From Pocillopora damicornis (taxonomy: Eukaryota), in NCBI RefSeq assembly GCF_003704095.1, contig NW_020846063.1:558001-622000 (forward strand): a stretch of 64,000 bases of DNA, given 5' to 3'. Made by a program: the position numbers and the translations under genes. This document shows, piece by piece, positions 37,054 through 50,478 of this stretch. The notes beneath the pieces are model-generated. The model was given only the letters and a program-made list of their open reading frames with translations, ran no database searches and was not told where the DNA came from. The stretch's first letter is position 1. The number at the start of each line of letters is the position of its first letter.

Positions 37054-39794
37054 ATGGAGAATCCACAGAATACGAAGAGGGGCTCTTCTCCTCAGACACC
37101 AGCTCGGTTGATCTATTTCTGCGTTTTCTTGTCAATCGTTGTTTGTCTATCTTTTGTATTAAGCGTGTACTCTTTCAAGCGCGTGTTGTCGCTTGATAAA
37201 GAATTTCACTCAAGAACTGAGTTGAAAGCTAAAGAAGAAGAACAAGTCGCCAGTTCAGATAGAAACGTGGCTGAAGGAAAGGTTAGTAAATAGTTTGCCT
37301 TGTCAAAACTGAGTCAATTTCTTCTTAAGTGGCCACCGTAAGATTTTTAAATCAAAGAATCGCTTTAACTTCCTGATCTAAGAGTTTCCAGAGATTTAAA
37401 CGAAATGGGAAAAAAATCTGAATGCAGTTGTTAAAAATCTCGACGACCACGAGCATGTAAAAGAATACCTAAGTGCAAAGTTAGATTTTTAGAGAACTGC
37501 CTCTAAACTGTTACCACGTGTTTGTAAGAATCTCAGTGTAAGACGTTTAAAAATACAAACGCAAACTTGTTGAAATTATCTTTAAAAAATCATCGTAGCA
37601 TACTTTTTCCTCTTATGAATTGGGTTCAATTTTTTTTAACTGAACCAAGGCAAGATAAATATGATTTCCCTCAAAAATAAAGAAATTACTCAATGTTAGT
37701 TCTCCAACCGGAAGGAACACACCCAAATTAGTAGAACATACTAAATTGAAAAAAACAAGGTTGAAGTTGGAAAAGATGAAAAGGAAATGTAAATGGTCAG
37801 TTGCAAGCTTCCTTCGTACTAAAATAAATATATTTTTGTCAAATCTATTGAAGAAAATCGCAATAGTTCTTCTAAATTAAGCCGTTTATTAACTTGTGTA
37901 GAAAACGCGATTTGCTCGCATAGCTAAAAGAATCTTTGCTCTTAATATTTTTGTCGTCAGGAGGTGGATAAATACGGCAGCAGGAAACATCGCTCTCGTA
38001 AGTCAAAACCTATATAATACATGTTTCATAGCTGCAGTTTTTCGAGCATCTTAACGTTCTCTGTTTAGTTTCACTTCCTGTTCTATTATTGATTTTTTAA
38101 GGTAGGAATCTTCGATTCGCCTAGTTTTGTTGAGCTTTTTCGCATGAATTACTGTCCTTGACAGTACTCTTGACTGTATATAATTGCGCAATACTGATTT
38201 TTTCAATGTTCACCATCCTTACTTACACAGAACTCCCAGGCGAACGACAATCCTTGGTAAGCACGAAAGCTTAGTGCATGCAGTTCATTCCTTTGGATGA
38301 ATTGGGAAGCCCGAAATGATTAGATAAAACATTAGTTAACAAAGTGTTGATATTACAGTCTAATATTTTTACTTTAAACATGATTTAGTCACCTTAACGG
38401 TTGTTGTTTGGCCCTGGAACTCAACGCGTCCTAGGGATTAATCAAAGGCGGCTGAGGGGGCTGGTGACTGATCAAGCCAAGTCGGATCGAGTATCGTAGC
38501 GGAATTTGGCCAGCTCTGCTTTTTTACGTAATTGTGTTTTCTTTTCAAATGCCAGAGGTGAAGGTGTTATTGAAATTAACAGGGTAATTAAGTAATATTA
38601 ACTGAGTTGATAACGTAAATAGAAGAAACTAGGAGCTAGTTTTAGAGGCTAACGCTCGAAACGTCAGCTTTTAAACTCTTTACGGTGGCCAATTTACGTG
38701 ATCAACTCAGTTGATATTACTTAATCACCCTGTCAATTTCAATAACACCTTCACCTCTGTTATACTCTCCCACCAACGCAGCACCACAGTATCTATAGAA
38801 ACTTACCCCCTCTATTCATTTGTTATTGAAATTCGATCAATGACGATAAATGTAAATTCCTTTCACAAGGAAAAAAAACAAAGGTTTACAAGCCTGCCTT
38901 TCACAGTACAAACGATTTGGTAGAGTTTTAGATCTCACAGTACTTAAGGAAATTTCAATCCAACTTTTATTTATATCATTCTGTGTCGTTTTTAACGTCT
39001 CTTTGTTTTGTTTTTGTAGATTCCTGAAAGCATACTTCTTTATGGCAATGGAAAAAGATATGCACTGCAGAGTAAGTAATCTCTGAAATATTTGTTTGAC
39101 GGAAAATCGTTAAAGACATACCGAAGAACGGATGCTAAGTAGGTTGGTAAATTTATCCTGTAAATGCCGCACAACCGTACCTCGAAAAAGAAGAAGTTGG
39201 GCAAACGAGGGTTACTGGATTCAAGTGACTGACTCTCTTGTCGGAAAAAAAAAAAGATAATTCATATAAATATTAATACTTCCCCCTTGCTTACCCTTAA
39301 TAATAAAAGATCCTAGCCATTTCCATTCAAGAATTGTATCTGCGCATACCTCAGAAAGGAATTGTGACAGTTAAATTTGCCTGCGTGTAAAAGATTAAGG
39401 ACCAGTGTCATACTGACTGTGTGACTTTCTTTCTGTAATTTAAGAAACGGATGTCGTCACGCAATGGACCAAGGCAAACAAAAATGGAAACAAGATTGCT
39501 TATCGTTCCAGTGTAGGCCGCGTCGAGGTGATGAGAGATGGGCTGTACTTCATTTACAGCCAAATGTGCTTTTCTGGAAACAGAAATCAGGACACGGCTG
39601 GCCATCGCATTTTTATAAACCACGAAGAAAAGATGACAACCGTGATTGGCCGACAAGACACAACAGTGGCCTGTCGCTATCATGGCGGCGCCTTTTATCT
39701 GCGTGCGCACGACACAATCGCCGTGAAGCCAACAGCGACTGGTCAATACTACATGTCAGCGAAGGGCTCGTTTTTGGGGGTCTTCCTCATCTAG
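37054..39794 (+). CDS. TNF-superfamily ligand 5, recent paralog of ligand 4; exons 37054-37281, 37961-37997, 38231-38256, 39020-39071, 39445-39794
   Basis: Exon 1, the promoter and the last exon are nearly identical to ligand 4. It has SRKHR, an extra 26-nt exon QLPGERQSL, the 52-nt strand-A exon IPESILLYGNG and an intact THD. Confidence 0.88.
38646..38812 (+). repeat. Interspersed repeat (Penelope/hammerhead-associated type), 5'-truncated; related copies at ~2995-3105 and ~36320-36395
   Basis: ggctaacgctcgaaacgtcagct...ggtggccaatttac...caactcagttgata...cgcagcaccacagt..tagaaacttacccc is shared among the three loci. Confidence 0.55.
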
Positions 39795-42700
39795 AGTACC
39801 GCGAAAATCATCTAGTCTCTTTTCTCTAATTAGAGTTTACGTTTGCCTTGATTTTAGCAAGTGTTAAAATATTAAGAACGACTAGCATGTAAGGTGTTAT
39901 ATATGTAGTTCTTAATTGCGGTCACTTCTTTCCCAAAGCTGTTAAACACCATGTTATCATTAGCAACTTCTAATGCAATAGCACAATAAGAAAATAAAAA
40001 CATTTGAAGGTTTTGTGGAAGTTCACCTGTGCCTCATGCCAATTTACTAATTAGACAACATTACAAATGAAGTATTTATGGTGATTTTAGCGAGCGTCCC
40101 TACCATTGAAAAATGCAAGGAAAGTTTGCAGGTAACGACACTCTAGGATTACTAACTAGACAACCCAAACCGAAGTTAATTTCGGACTTTCATCAAATTT
40201 CTCAGCCGGGAATAACATGTGTAAACGACCCCATCTGTTACATGTGGGTCAGATCAGGGTTATTCTATTTTAGTTTATCTCCAAAGCTAGCAGAATGCGA
40301 TTCCATAAGTGACCCCTCCGAAGGTGAAAACTGATCGAACCTTTTTGATTATCAAACGTCGCAACTATAAAATATTCTGTCTTTTAATCAATACAGTACT
40401 CTCCCTAAACAAAGTTTAACATTCTTGGATTTAAAAGATTTTAAAATAATCGTTATTTCTCGCCTTCATGTCATTCCTACTGTCCATTTCCTTACTTGTT
40501 TTCCAACTTTCTTAGCTAATATCAGCCTGACAAGGGATTTCTTTCCCACACTAGTAGTTTGAATATCTAAAGTCCAGCCGACCTAGGACAGTAAGCTCAG
40601 ACCATTGTTTGTAACAGCAAGAATGTTGAATATTTACCTCCAACAGTGACTTTAAACCGCTCTATTGCCTTCCATCACCACAACAACTTTACAACCGCGT
40701 GTCGTCCAAGCCACTAAGACTTTGTCATAAAACCTGCAGAAATAAAGACGCATGGCGCATTAAGGTTTAAGCGTCGTAAACCAAATTTTGTAAGTTTTCT
40801 AATCAAACAGGTCACCACCATTCCTTAGCTTAACATCAAATCTGTCAATTAAATTTGTATTCAAAGTAGAATAAAAGACCATTTTTATTCAGCTGGCTAT
40901 TACGGGATTTTCAATTAAATAAAAACGTTTTAACATAGGAGCCATTGATGGAGGCTCCTGACGATGTTCTGACCTCTCCTACTCTCCTATGTCCCTTTAT
41001 TTCCACGCAATAAACAAACATAAGAACTGGTAAACGCAAGGAGTTTGGAAATTATCTTATTTGTCGTTAGATTTTATTCTTGGTAGAAACCTTAAATTAA
41101 ATTTTCGCATTTCTCAAGGCATTTTGTCACAATGAGCGTCAAAATGTCAATGCGGGAATCGGCCCATAATGAAATAATGTACCCCCCCCCCCCCCCCCCA
41201 TCTATGCCCTTCCTATGACCTTTCTCTATTGCTTTAATTTTCACACGATAAACAAACATAGGAACTTGCAAACGTAGCCAATTTGGACATTATCTTTTTT
41301 CGCCGTAGCTTTTTCTTTTTTAGTTGAGAGGGGACCTCAAAATGCTACTACGTGTAAACTGTCTAAAGGACATATACAACCTGTTCTTGAGGGCAGAATA
41401 ACTTGTTTTTATGTGTCGAGTCAAGTTTTAGCTATGAAGGTATGATCAAAATTTTGGAAAAATGCGGCGAGACAAATAGAGTAGTCGGTTCTCCCTATCA
41501 AACCTTCGGCTTCCGATTTCGCAGCCGAATTTTCAAAGAACTGGGTATCAGTGAACTTGTTACTGACTAAGCTGAGCCACTGTACAGAAATCAACATGAA
41601 TCTTAAAATAAGGGCAAGTAAGGGATTTATGATGAAATCATCGCGAGATTATTTACACTGCAAATGATAAAAAGATAAACAATGGTTCTTATTATATTGG
41701 ACTACGTCTTATCGTGAAGTCATCCTTCTTCGTAATTAAACATCTTTTCACAACAGAATGAAAATTTACCAATATTTAGCCATAAATTGTAGTTTACGTA
41801 GAAACATCTATCTCCATGTCAATTTCACGACCACAATAAGAAAAAGGTGATCGAAATTCTTCCTGTAAGATAAGACCACTAAAAGGAATAAGAAATGATC
41901 AACTGGCTTATTTTTTACTGAACGGCTTATGCTAATATATTATTTCCATTCATTTTTAACATTCAAATAAGTCAAAAAACACCTATAATGAAAATTCTTG
42001 CTCGATACCAATTTTGTCTTTTAACAATATGCTTATGAAAACTTCACAAGTCTATATGGTAATAAATATTTTCTGCAATAGAATGCTTTCTGAAATAGAG
42101 CTTACGACTGTAATTTGATTCTACAAATTACTTTGTACGTTGTTCACACGCAGTTTGTTCTGTGTCTGTTATTAATGAAGACACCCTTATTTTAAGAGTT
42201 CGGGCATGCTGAGTGAGTGACCCCTAGTAACGAAAAAATTCCTTCAAGGTCTTTGCAACAGTCTCGTAAGGGGAACTCAAGTTGTAGAACTTGAAAGAGC
42301 TAAAATGAGTGAGAGGACCCATATATGGGTATCATTCTTTTTAAGAAAATAAATCGATTTTGAGGGAAATTACTGAACTCCGCTTATTTTCCGAAGGGCA
42401 ACGGTCGGTAGGGAGCAGACCAGAAAAAACATATTAAATATTCTGCTTTCTGGTAATGAAGGCAGAAATGTAATAACTTCTCTAATTATTTGGCTACGCA
42501 TTTTATGGTTATCGCGTTATCGGTTTCGCTTCAAAGCTTTTTATGACTAAGAGAGTTTTTGTATATAGAGCTGCCTTCAGATTCATTTTACAGTTAAGTC
42601 ACCTCTGTAATTTTTCACTGTTGTATGAAAACACCACTCTTTACAGACACGTTTATTTCTTTCCAGAAATATTTCTTGCATNNNNNNNNNNNNNNNNNNN

Positions 42701-44216
42701 NNNNNNNNNNNNNNNNNNNNNNNNNNNNNNNNNNNNNNNNNNNNNNNNNNNNNNNNNNNNNNNNNNNNNNNNNNNNNNNNNTTACGAGACTATTGCAAAG
42801 GCCTTGAAGGACTTATTTCTTCGGGTTTTTTATTATGTGGTGTGAAGCTGTGTCAAGTCATGTCAAATCTTGTCAAGTTATGTTAATTTATGTTGAGTTA
42901 CATAACCTTAGTGGCCCTTTAATAGAACGCTTGTCAATTTTTTAATGAACTGATTTTCACACAAGTAAGTCATATTTCATCAGCGGAAAATGTGACACAA
43001 GGAATTAACATTTTGACACTTATTGTGACGAAATGCTGTGAAAAATGCGAAAAAGCCACTAAAGAAAATGAACAACCCGCGTGGCATTATGTAAATTATG
43101 TGTAAGATATTTCATCCGTTTTTCGGTCGTTTGCTTGGGTAAGCAAGATTTAGTTCATATAAGAATTAAAACTGCATGGAATATTGCTCGTGTTCAAATA
43201 GACATCTCAGTCGTTCGCTGCGCTCACTCGCGTGCTATCGAGTTGAACACTCAGAGAGAAGTTCTGTATTGATCTCTATTTCTGTTCTGCTCTTGAAAGA
43301 ATAAGCTACTTTCTTTGTTTTGCCGTATTTTTTCAAAATTTGGAGCATCCTTTTGTAGCATCCTTTTGTAGCTTCAACTCCACTTGATATAACAAACAAG
43401 ACATATTCTGCCCTCAAGAACAGGTTATTTATCTCCTTTTGACATTTTAAACGTAGTAGAATTTTGAGGTCCCCACTCAACTAAAAAAAAACCTTCCGCG
43501 AAGAAAGATAACACCCAAATTCCCTACGTTTGCAAGTTCCTATGTTTGTCTGTCGTGTGCAAATGAAAGGACTAGAGAAAGGTCACAGCATTGACAGAAG
43601 CCCCAGTGTCCCTTAATTTGAACGTTCACATCATTAAAATACCCGTGAGGGGCCACTTAGAATAAGAAATGATTGTTATTTGCTTTGAGTACTATCCAAA
43701 ACTAACAAGATTTGATATTAAGTTGTGGAATGATAGTGACTGGTATGATTAGAGAGTCTACGAAATTTGGTGTGGTAACAGCAGCATTCGACTCCAAGTT
43801 AGAGTTCTTTTCTAGTTGTAGCCCAAAACCAAAATAATCTAAACAAGTAATCAGAATAAGTGAAAAGGTGTCAAGGAGCGAACGCGAAATGATAATAAAA
43901 ACAAGAAAAGAGCGGGAAACAGGAGGACAAAGTCACGATTGGATTTAGTTTTGCATCTGATTTGAGCAAATTGTCTGACAAATCAAAGAAGGAAATTAAT
44001 CAAAATTAATGTGATCACGGACTACTCTCAATATACAATTGAAAATAAAACGTTTCCCACTAGAGTAGGACAAAGAGAAACTCTATATATTCATAAATTC
44101 ATCTGCACAGCAGACTTGAATTTAATGGCCAGTGATTTCCTTTAAGGTTTATATTTCTAGCCCAGTGTCATATATAATGAGAGGCTAAATTCAGATAAGG
44201 TGCATAGTGTTGCGTT

Positions 44217-44357
44217 TTATTCGGTTTATAAGTGATATTAGTTTCTATGCACGATATTAGACTTGAGAGGAAAGACTTTCCAAAGAATTAGGTGTCACCT
44301 GGCCAGTGTTCATCGGAAGACCTTTGTTGTCAAATCCCAAAATCCTCCTCTTGTCAA
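44217..44357 (-). repeat. Tandem partial duplicate of the last exon's 3' end
   Basis: Near-copy of ~44467-44606; encodes DKRRILGFDNKGLPMNTGQVTPNSLESLSSQV* with no clear splice acceptor of its own. Confidence 0.75.
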
Positions 44358-44506
44358 CTGGAACGAAACAGCAGTTTTCCAGCGATGAAAACAAGACATA
44401 CTCAACCAAGAGACGCATTTGCTTAGTTTCATTCTGTTTTTATTTTTGATCACAGTATTTCTACATGTCTTCGGTTTATGAGTGATATTAGTTTCTATGC
44501 ACGATA

Positions 44507-46326
44507 TTAGACTTCAGAGAAAAGGCTTTCCAAAGAATTAGGTGTCACCTGTCCAGTGTTCATCGGAAGACCTTTGCTGTCAAATCCCAAAATCCTCCTC
44601 TTGTCACTAAGGTATGACTTAAAATAAAAGAGGCTACTCCCAGTTTCTCTGGGTACTTGTTTAAACAGAATTTCAGGATAAAGTTTTTTCACTTTATCCA
44701 AGTTTGTAAGACTGCGCAGAGATGTCGACAGAGTCTAGTGGGGAAAAAACACTCAATTAATTATCAAATCAGACAGAGTTATTAAGCTAGAAAGTCTCTT
44801 GGAAGCATTTGACTTCACAAATTGTATTCAGTAAGTAATTTCCAGCATCCATAAATGAATTTAAGCCGGTTATGTGTCAGCGTCCTACCATTTCCAAATG
44901 TGTCGAAAACTGAGAAAAACGAAATCATTTGGGCAGCTATGAACAGGAATTGAAGGTTCTAAACCGAGTGGATTTGGTGCTTGGATATTCATGAAACTTG
45001 AACAATTCTCCCCAGAGGATGGACTACCAAATGAGTGATCGGAGGGGAAGGAGGAAAGGGTGGAAGCGGGGGGGAGGATGGGGAAATGAGGGCTCCAAGC
45101 GATGCATGAATGCTTTGTTTGTTTGTTTTTTTTTTTTTTGGCTGGGTGGTTTTTTTTGTGTACACCTAGATTGAAATCTTTTTTGTTGTTGTTTTTCCTT
45201 AATCCATATTTTGACTTGTTTTACTCAGTAATTAGGTTGAACTTTCCCCACCCCCTCCCTCAAAGTTCCATCCCCGTGGGTGGTCATACCTTTACAAAGA
45301 CGGTGTCATCTCCCTTGTTCACAGCCACTGCGGTTCCACCTGTGCTACTCTCCAAAATAACAATTTGCTCAACCGTTTGACCAACAAAGTCTAGAATACT
45401 ATGTAACTTGAATTTAGCTGTAAAAAATAACGCAACTTAACATCAATGGAAAGGCAGTAAAATGATCGATTTGGATTTGCTTTGTTTTGTTTTGCTCTGC
45501 TTTTTTCGTGTTTTAGGCAAGACTAGTGGAAAGCGTTTCATGACATCACTCACATTTTTACAAAATCAGCGCCTTCTGTTTGGTCAGAGTATGAATTGGT
45601 ATATCTTATGACAGGGTTTATATTCGAGAGGAACTAAAAAAAAACGATTGATAAGCGGAGGCAGATCCGGAATATTTCTTAAGAAGAGGTCTATCAGGAA
45701 TGACGTAACTGATGGGTGACGTAAACAAATGTTTTGCAAAATTCTAGCTACATAAGAAAGCGACAGATCATCTCAGGAGGGGAGAAACTTCACACTGCGC
45801 CTCTAGACCCGGTCCTGGGGACGAGTTTGAAATTGCAAAGTTTGGACAATTGGTTAATACTGATTGGTTCCCAAGAACTGGAATTGTTCCAATAAAAACA
45901 ATTTACAGAACGTAGATTTTCTGTTTCATAGAAAGGTGGAAACTCAAGAATGCACGGCATGAAGACCAAGCTTGTTGCAAGCCAATTCTTGGTACCTTTC
46001 CTCAAAGGGGCTAATTTGCAAATTGCATTAATAAAAACTATGAAGGGCGAAAAGTGTGAATATCAGGCCTGCCTGTTGATAGATTTCTGAAGAGATTGTA
46101 AAGTGAATCGTTATTCTTAGTAACGGTCATTGTTAGATTTGCCTCATCCGAAGACTGTTGCATTTGATTCACATTGAATTTTGGTTTTTTTGGTCATATA
46201 TCTCGATCCTTTCGACAATAAAGCTTTGAACAAGTGGCCAAACTTGAATATATACTTACTTTTTGGATCTTTGCTTGTGGCATACGTAACAACAGATGTT
46301 CCATCAATTTTCAGGTAGTGACCCAT
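44507..46326 (-). pseudogene. Beta-trefoil (FGF-like) family copy 1, 5'-truncated or probable pseudogene; exons 46326-46260, 45417-45290, 44734-44507
   Basis: MGHYLKIDGTSVVTYATSKDPK|TKFKLHSILDFVGQTVEQIVILESSTGGTAVAVNKGDDTVFVK|TLSTSLRSLTNLDKVKKLYPEILFKQVPRETGSSLFYFKSYLSDKRRILGFDSKGLPMNTGQVTPNSLESLFSEV*. The 5' half of the first core exon is deleted relative to copies 2 and 3, and the upstream exon 46910-46818 has an in-frame TAA. Confidence 0.6.
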
Positions 46327-48651
46327 GATAGGACCGTTGGGGGTGTTTGATTACATATCATAACAAAGTTGCCTTCCAGGAGCTATAAAAAACACACAAG
46401 CCATTTAGTTACAGTGGTTTAGGACCGTGTGATGTTTTCCATAAACCTCAAAAGAAAATGGTAAATCCGCAGGATACAAATAATTTACTAGGCTTCACGT
46501 TCTAAAAATCTTGAGCTCTCCTTTTCTCTATTTTTGTTTCCTTTTATGGACGTTTTATTTTTCCGGCTTGTTTTGCGTGACAAGGGTTGTGTATTATGAT
46601 TGCATTTGACATTTTGCGCGGGAAATCGGCGCACAGCAGACCAAATTGACTCCCTTACGCATGCCCGACGTTTGACAGCCATGTTTCTGCCGTGTCGGAA
46701 AATTTTGAAGTGAGTAGTAGCTCGTCAGAAGATAAACACATAGCCGGCCCAGATGAAAAGGAAATAAAGTGAAGAACTCTCGAATCTCTGAAAAGTACTG
46801 TAAGATTTTAAGTTTACCGTTCCTCGTCTCTCAAGTTAAGGTGAACTAGTGCTTGGAAAATAATGCAAACTTGCTGCCTTCAAGGGAGGCTTTGCGACCT
46901 TTGTACTATTCTACGGAAATTCATGCATCCTTTGCTCATAAGAGAAACCTTATATGAAAAATAGGCATTTTTGTCCCGCTTCAGTTTACCGATAGTTTTC
47001 GGGTGGCTTTAGATTTTCAAATTGAGGTTAATCCAAGAAATTTGCGTGTTAACTTCAAACTCGATCCGCAGCTGTGGCAAAACTTAATTTGACTGTGTTT
47101 GATCTTTATTTCTTAGTAGTATTCTTATACACTTGTATCACCTTTAAGTTTTATATCTCCGTTGTTTTTATATGACTATGTCTTAGAGGCAGGAAATCTG
47201 TGAAATGTGTCAAAAACTTTCGAGTTATGCAAAGGTAGGTGAAACACTCCTCTCACAGCACAGAGGAAATCACCCATCAACATACGGGCCCTTACGATTT
47301 GAGAAGCTTAGTGGAGAAAGTTTCTCACTCACCTTTGCTGATCTGTCGTGTACATCGGGGTGTCCTGTGTGAAGTATATGGTCAGAAGTAGAATCATAAT
47401 TGATATTTTGCGNNNNNNNNNNNNNNNNNNNNNNNNNNNNNNNNNNNNNNNNNNNNNNNNNNNNNNNNNNNNNNNNNNNNNNNNNNNNNNNNNNNNNNNN
47501 NNNNNNNNNNNNGATTCTCTCTTTGCTGTGAGAGGAGTGTTTCACCTACCTTTGCATAACTCGAAAGTTTAGGACACAGAAAGGGCAAATACCATGTATA
47601 ATAGATAATTTTTAGATCTTCTTCTTCTAAAGCAAGGTCATATAAAGGCAACGGAGATATAAAACTAAAAGGTGATACATGTGTATAAGAATGCTACTCA
47701 GAAATCAAGATCAAACACAGTCGAATTTAGTTTTGCTCTCGGACAAACACGGTTGTGGATCGAGTTTGAGAGTTAACATGCAAATTTCTTGGATTAACCT
47801 TAAATTTGAAAATCGGTGAACTGAAGCAGGACAAAAATGCTTATTTTTCATATAAGGTTTCTCTTATGAACAAAGGGTGTATAAGTTTCCGTAGAATAGT
47901 CCAAAGGTCGCAAAGCCTTCCTTGAAGGCGGCAAGTTTGCTTTATTTTCCAAGTACCCGCGCAAAATGTCAAATGCAACCATAATACACAACCCTTGTCA
48001 CGCAAAATGAGCCGGAAAAATAAAACGTCCATAAAAGGAAACAAAAGTAGAGAAAAGGAGAGCTCAAAATTCTTGGAATGTAAAGTCTAGTAAATTATGT
48101 GTATTCTGCTGATTTTCCATTTCCTTTTGAGGTTTATGGAAAACATTAGACGGTTCTAAACCACTGTAACTAAATGACTTGTGTGGTTTTTATAGCTCCT
48201 GGAAGACAACTTTGTTATGCTATGTAATCAACAACCCACAACGCAGCTTATCGCGCATACTAAAGAGTTGCAGTCACGTCACGACCATTTTTTTTTAGGC
48301 TGGATAGGTTAACAAACAGCACACGCTGTGAGTTCTCCTTAACTAAAAGCATTTTATTCTTGATTTCCGAACAGATACTTAATGCACACTTGGCTTAAAC
48401 GAAACACATGAAATTAGTCTACAGTCATATATTCGATGTTCCTGTTATTTTCTAAATAATTCCTTCTAATTATTGCTTTGTCCAGGATGGTGCAAAGTTC
48501 ATCCAATGATATTTTAAATTTCATCTTATTTAAACGTTTATGAGGTCATATCTGTGATCAGTAAGGGATATATTTCGAAAAAATATCTGATGGATTGGCT
48601 AAATGAAGGATTATTGATGATGGTTAGATAACATCATTGGTAATGTTTTAG

Positions 48652-50478
48652 GAAAGCATTGAGGAAATCACTAAGCCGATGAACGACCAGTGGTACCGCA
48701 GAAACAATGAGCAGTTCGTGTCCCTAAACCAAGAAGGTCCTATCTTTGGTCACTACCTGAAAATTGACGGAAAATCTGTTGTTACATATGCCCTAGAGAC
48801 AGATCCAAAAAGTAAGTATACATTCCAGTTTGGCCACATATTCACAGCTTTATTCGTGAAAAGATCGAGGTACATGGACAAGAAACAAAATTCAATGTAA
48901 ATCAAATGCAGCAGTCTTCGGATGAGGCAAATCTAACCATGGCCGTAACTAAGAACAAAAATTTACCATACAATCTTTACAGACATCTACAGACCGGCCT
49001 GATATTCACACTTTTCGCTTTCCATAGTTTTTTATCAATTCAGTTTTTGCGAATCAGCGCTTTTAAAGAATAGTATTAAGACCTTGCAACAAAGCCTTGT
49101 CTTCACGCCTGGCATTCTTGAGTTTCAAACTACCCCAGGATATGCTTTTAACATGTAAAGATACTAAATCTATGAAACAGAAAATATACGGCCTTTAGAT
49201 TGTTCTTATTAGCAAAATTCCATTTCTTGGGAATCAACCAGTATAAACCAACCTGTCGGTACTTTATAATTTTAAACTCTGGTGTTGAGTGCGTCCTCCG
49301 TCTGAACCGAGTCCAATCATGTTCATGATTACCCCTTCCTAAGGGCGGATCTAGGGGCGCAGTGTGCACTTCCCCCTTCCCCTGAGATGACCTGTCGCTT
49401 TCTAATGTAGCTAGAATTTTGCAAAATATTGGTTTACGTCCCCCATCAGTTACTTCATTCCTCAGTGATACACCCTTCTTAAGAAATATTCTTGATCTGC
49501 CTCAGCTTTTCAATCTTTTTTTTAGTTCCTCTTGAATATAAACCCTCCAATAAGACATAATAATTCATACTTTGACCAAATAGAAGGCGCTGATTTTGTA
49601 AAAGTGTGAGTGATGTAATGAAACGCTTTCGACCAGCCACAAAACAGCAAATCCAAATCGATCGTTTACTGTCTTTCCAGTGATATCAAGTTGCGTTATT
49701 TTTGACAGCTCAATTAAAGATCCATTCAATTTTGAGCAGAAGCCAAAATGCAGCACGAAAATACGAGGAAATTTGTATTTTGGAGAGTAGCACTGGTGGA
49801 ACCGCAGTGGCCGTAAACAAAAGAGATGACACCATCTTTGTAAAGGTATCGTCACCAACGGGAATCGAACGTTAAGGGAAGAAGGGGGAGGGAGGGGGGT
49901 TGGAGAAAGTTCAAGTTAATTACTAAATATAACAAGTTTAAATATGGATCAAGAAGAAACAAAAGAAAAAAGATTTCAACCTATATGAATATATAAGCTC
50001 CAAATCCGCTTGGTTTAGAACCTTCAATTCCTGTTCATAACTACCAAAATGATTTAGTTTTTCTTAGTTTAGGACACATTTGGAAATGGAAGGAGATAAT
50101 GCTGACACATAAGCGGCTTAAATTGATAAAAGAAAGCTGGAAATTACTAACTGAATACAATGTGTGAAGTTAAATGCTTCCTAGAGACTTTCTAACAATA
50201 ATCTAACCCTATCTGGTTTAAGAATTAATCCAGTGTTTTTTCTCCATTAGACTCTGTCGACACCTTTGCGCAGTCTTAACAACTTGGATAAAGTGAAACG
50301 TCTTTATCCTGAAATTCTGTTTAAAAAAGTACCTAGAGAAGTTGGGAGTGACTACTTCTATTTTCAGTCAAACCTTAAAGATAAGAGGCGGGTTTTGGGA
50401 TTTGATAAATATGGTCTTCCAATGAACACCGGCCAGGTGACGCCCAATTCTGAGGAAAGTCTTTTCACTCGAGGCTAA
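48652..50478 (+). CDS. Beta-trefoil (divergent FGF-like) family copy 2, complete core; exons 48652-48811, 49709-49845, 50251-50478
   Basis: ESIEEITKPMNDQWYRRNNEQFVSLNQEGPIFGHYLKIDGKSVVTYALETDPK|TQLKIHSILSRSQNAARKYEEICILESSTGGTAVAVNKRDDTIFVK|TLSTPLRSLNNLDKVKRLYPEILFKKVPREVGSDYFYFQSNLKDKRRVLGFDKYGLPMNTGQVTPNSEESLFTRG*. Introns are phase 1 then phase 0, with FGF-like motifs. Confidence 0.75.
49342..49505. mobile_element. MITE with agggcggatct-type termini in intron 1 of the core; inverted homologous copy at ~45655-45812
   Basis: agggcggatctagggg ... cttgatctgcctc. It lies at the same intronic position in copies 1 and 2, so the insertion predates their duplication. Confidence 0.5.

Noticed and set aside
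48197-48230. PGRQLCYAM reading that resembles the FGF RQLYC motif
   Set aside because: It is followed immediately by TAA in both copies that have it, and the acceptor is absent in copy 3; intronic coincidence.
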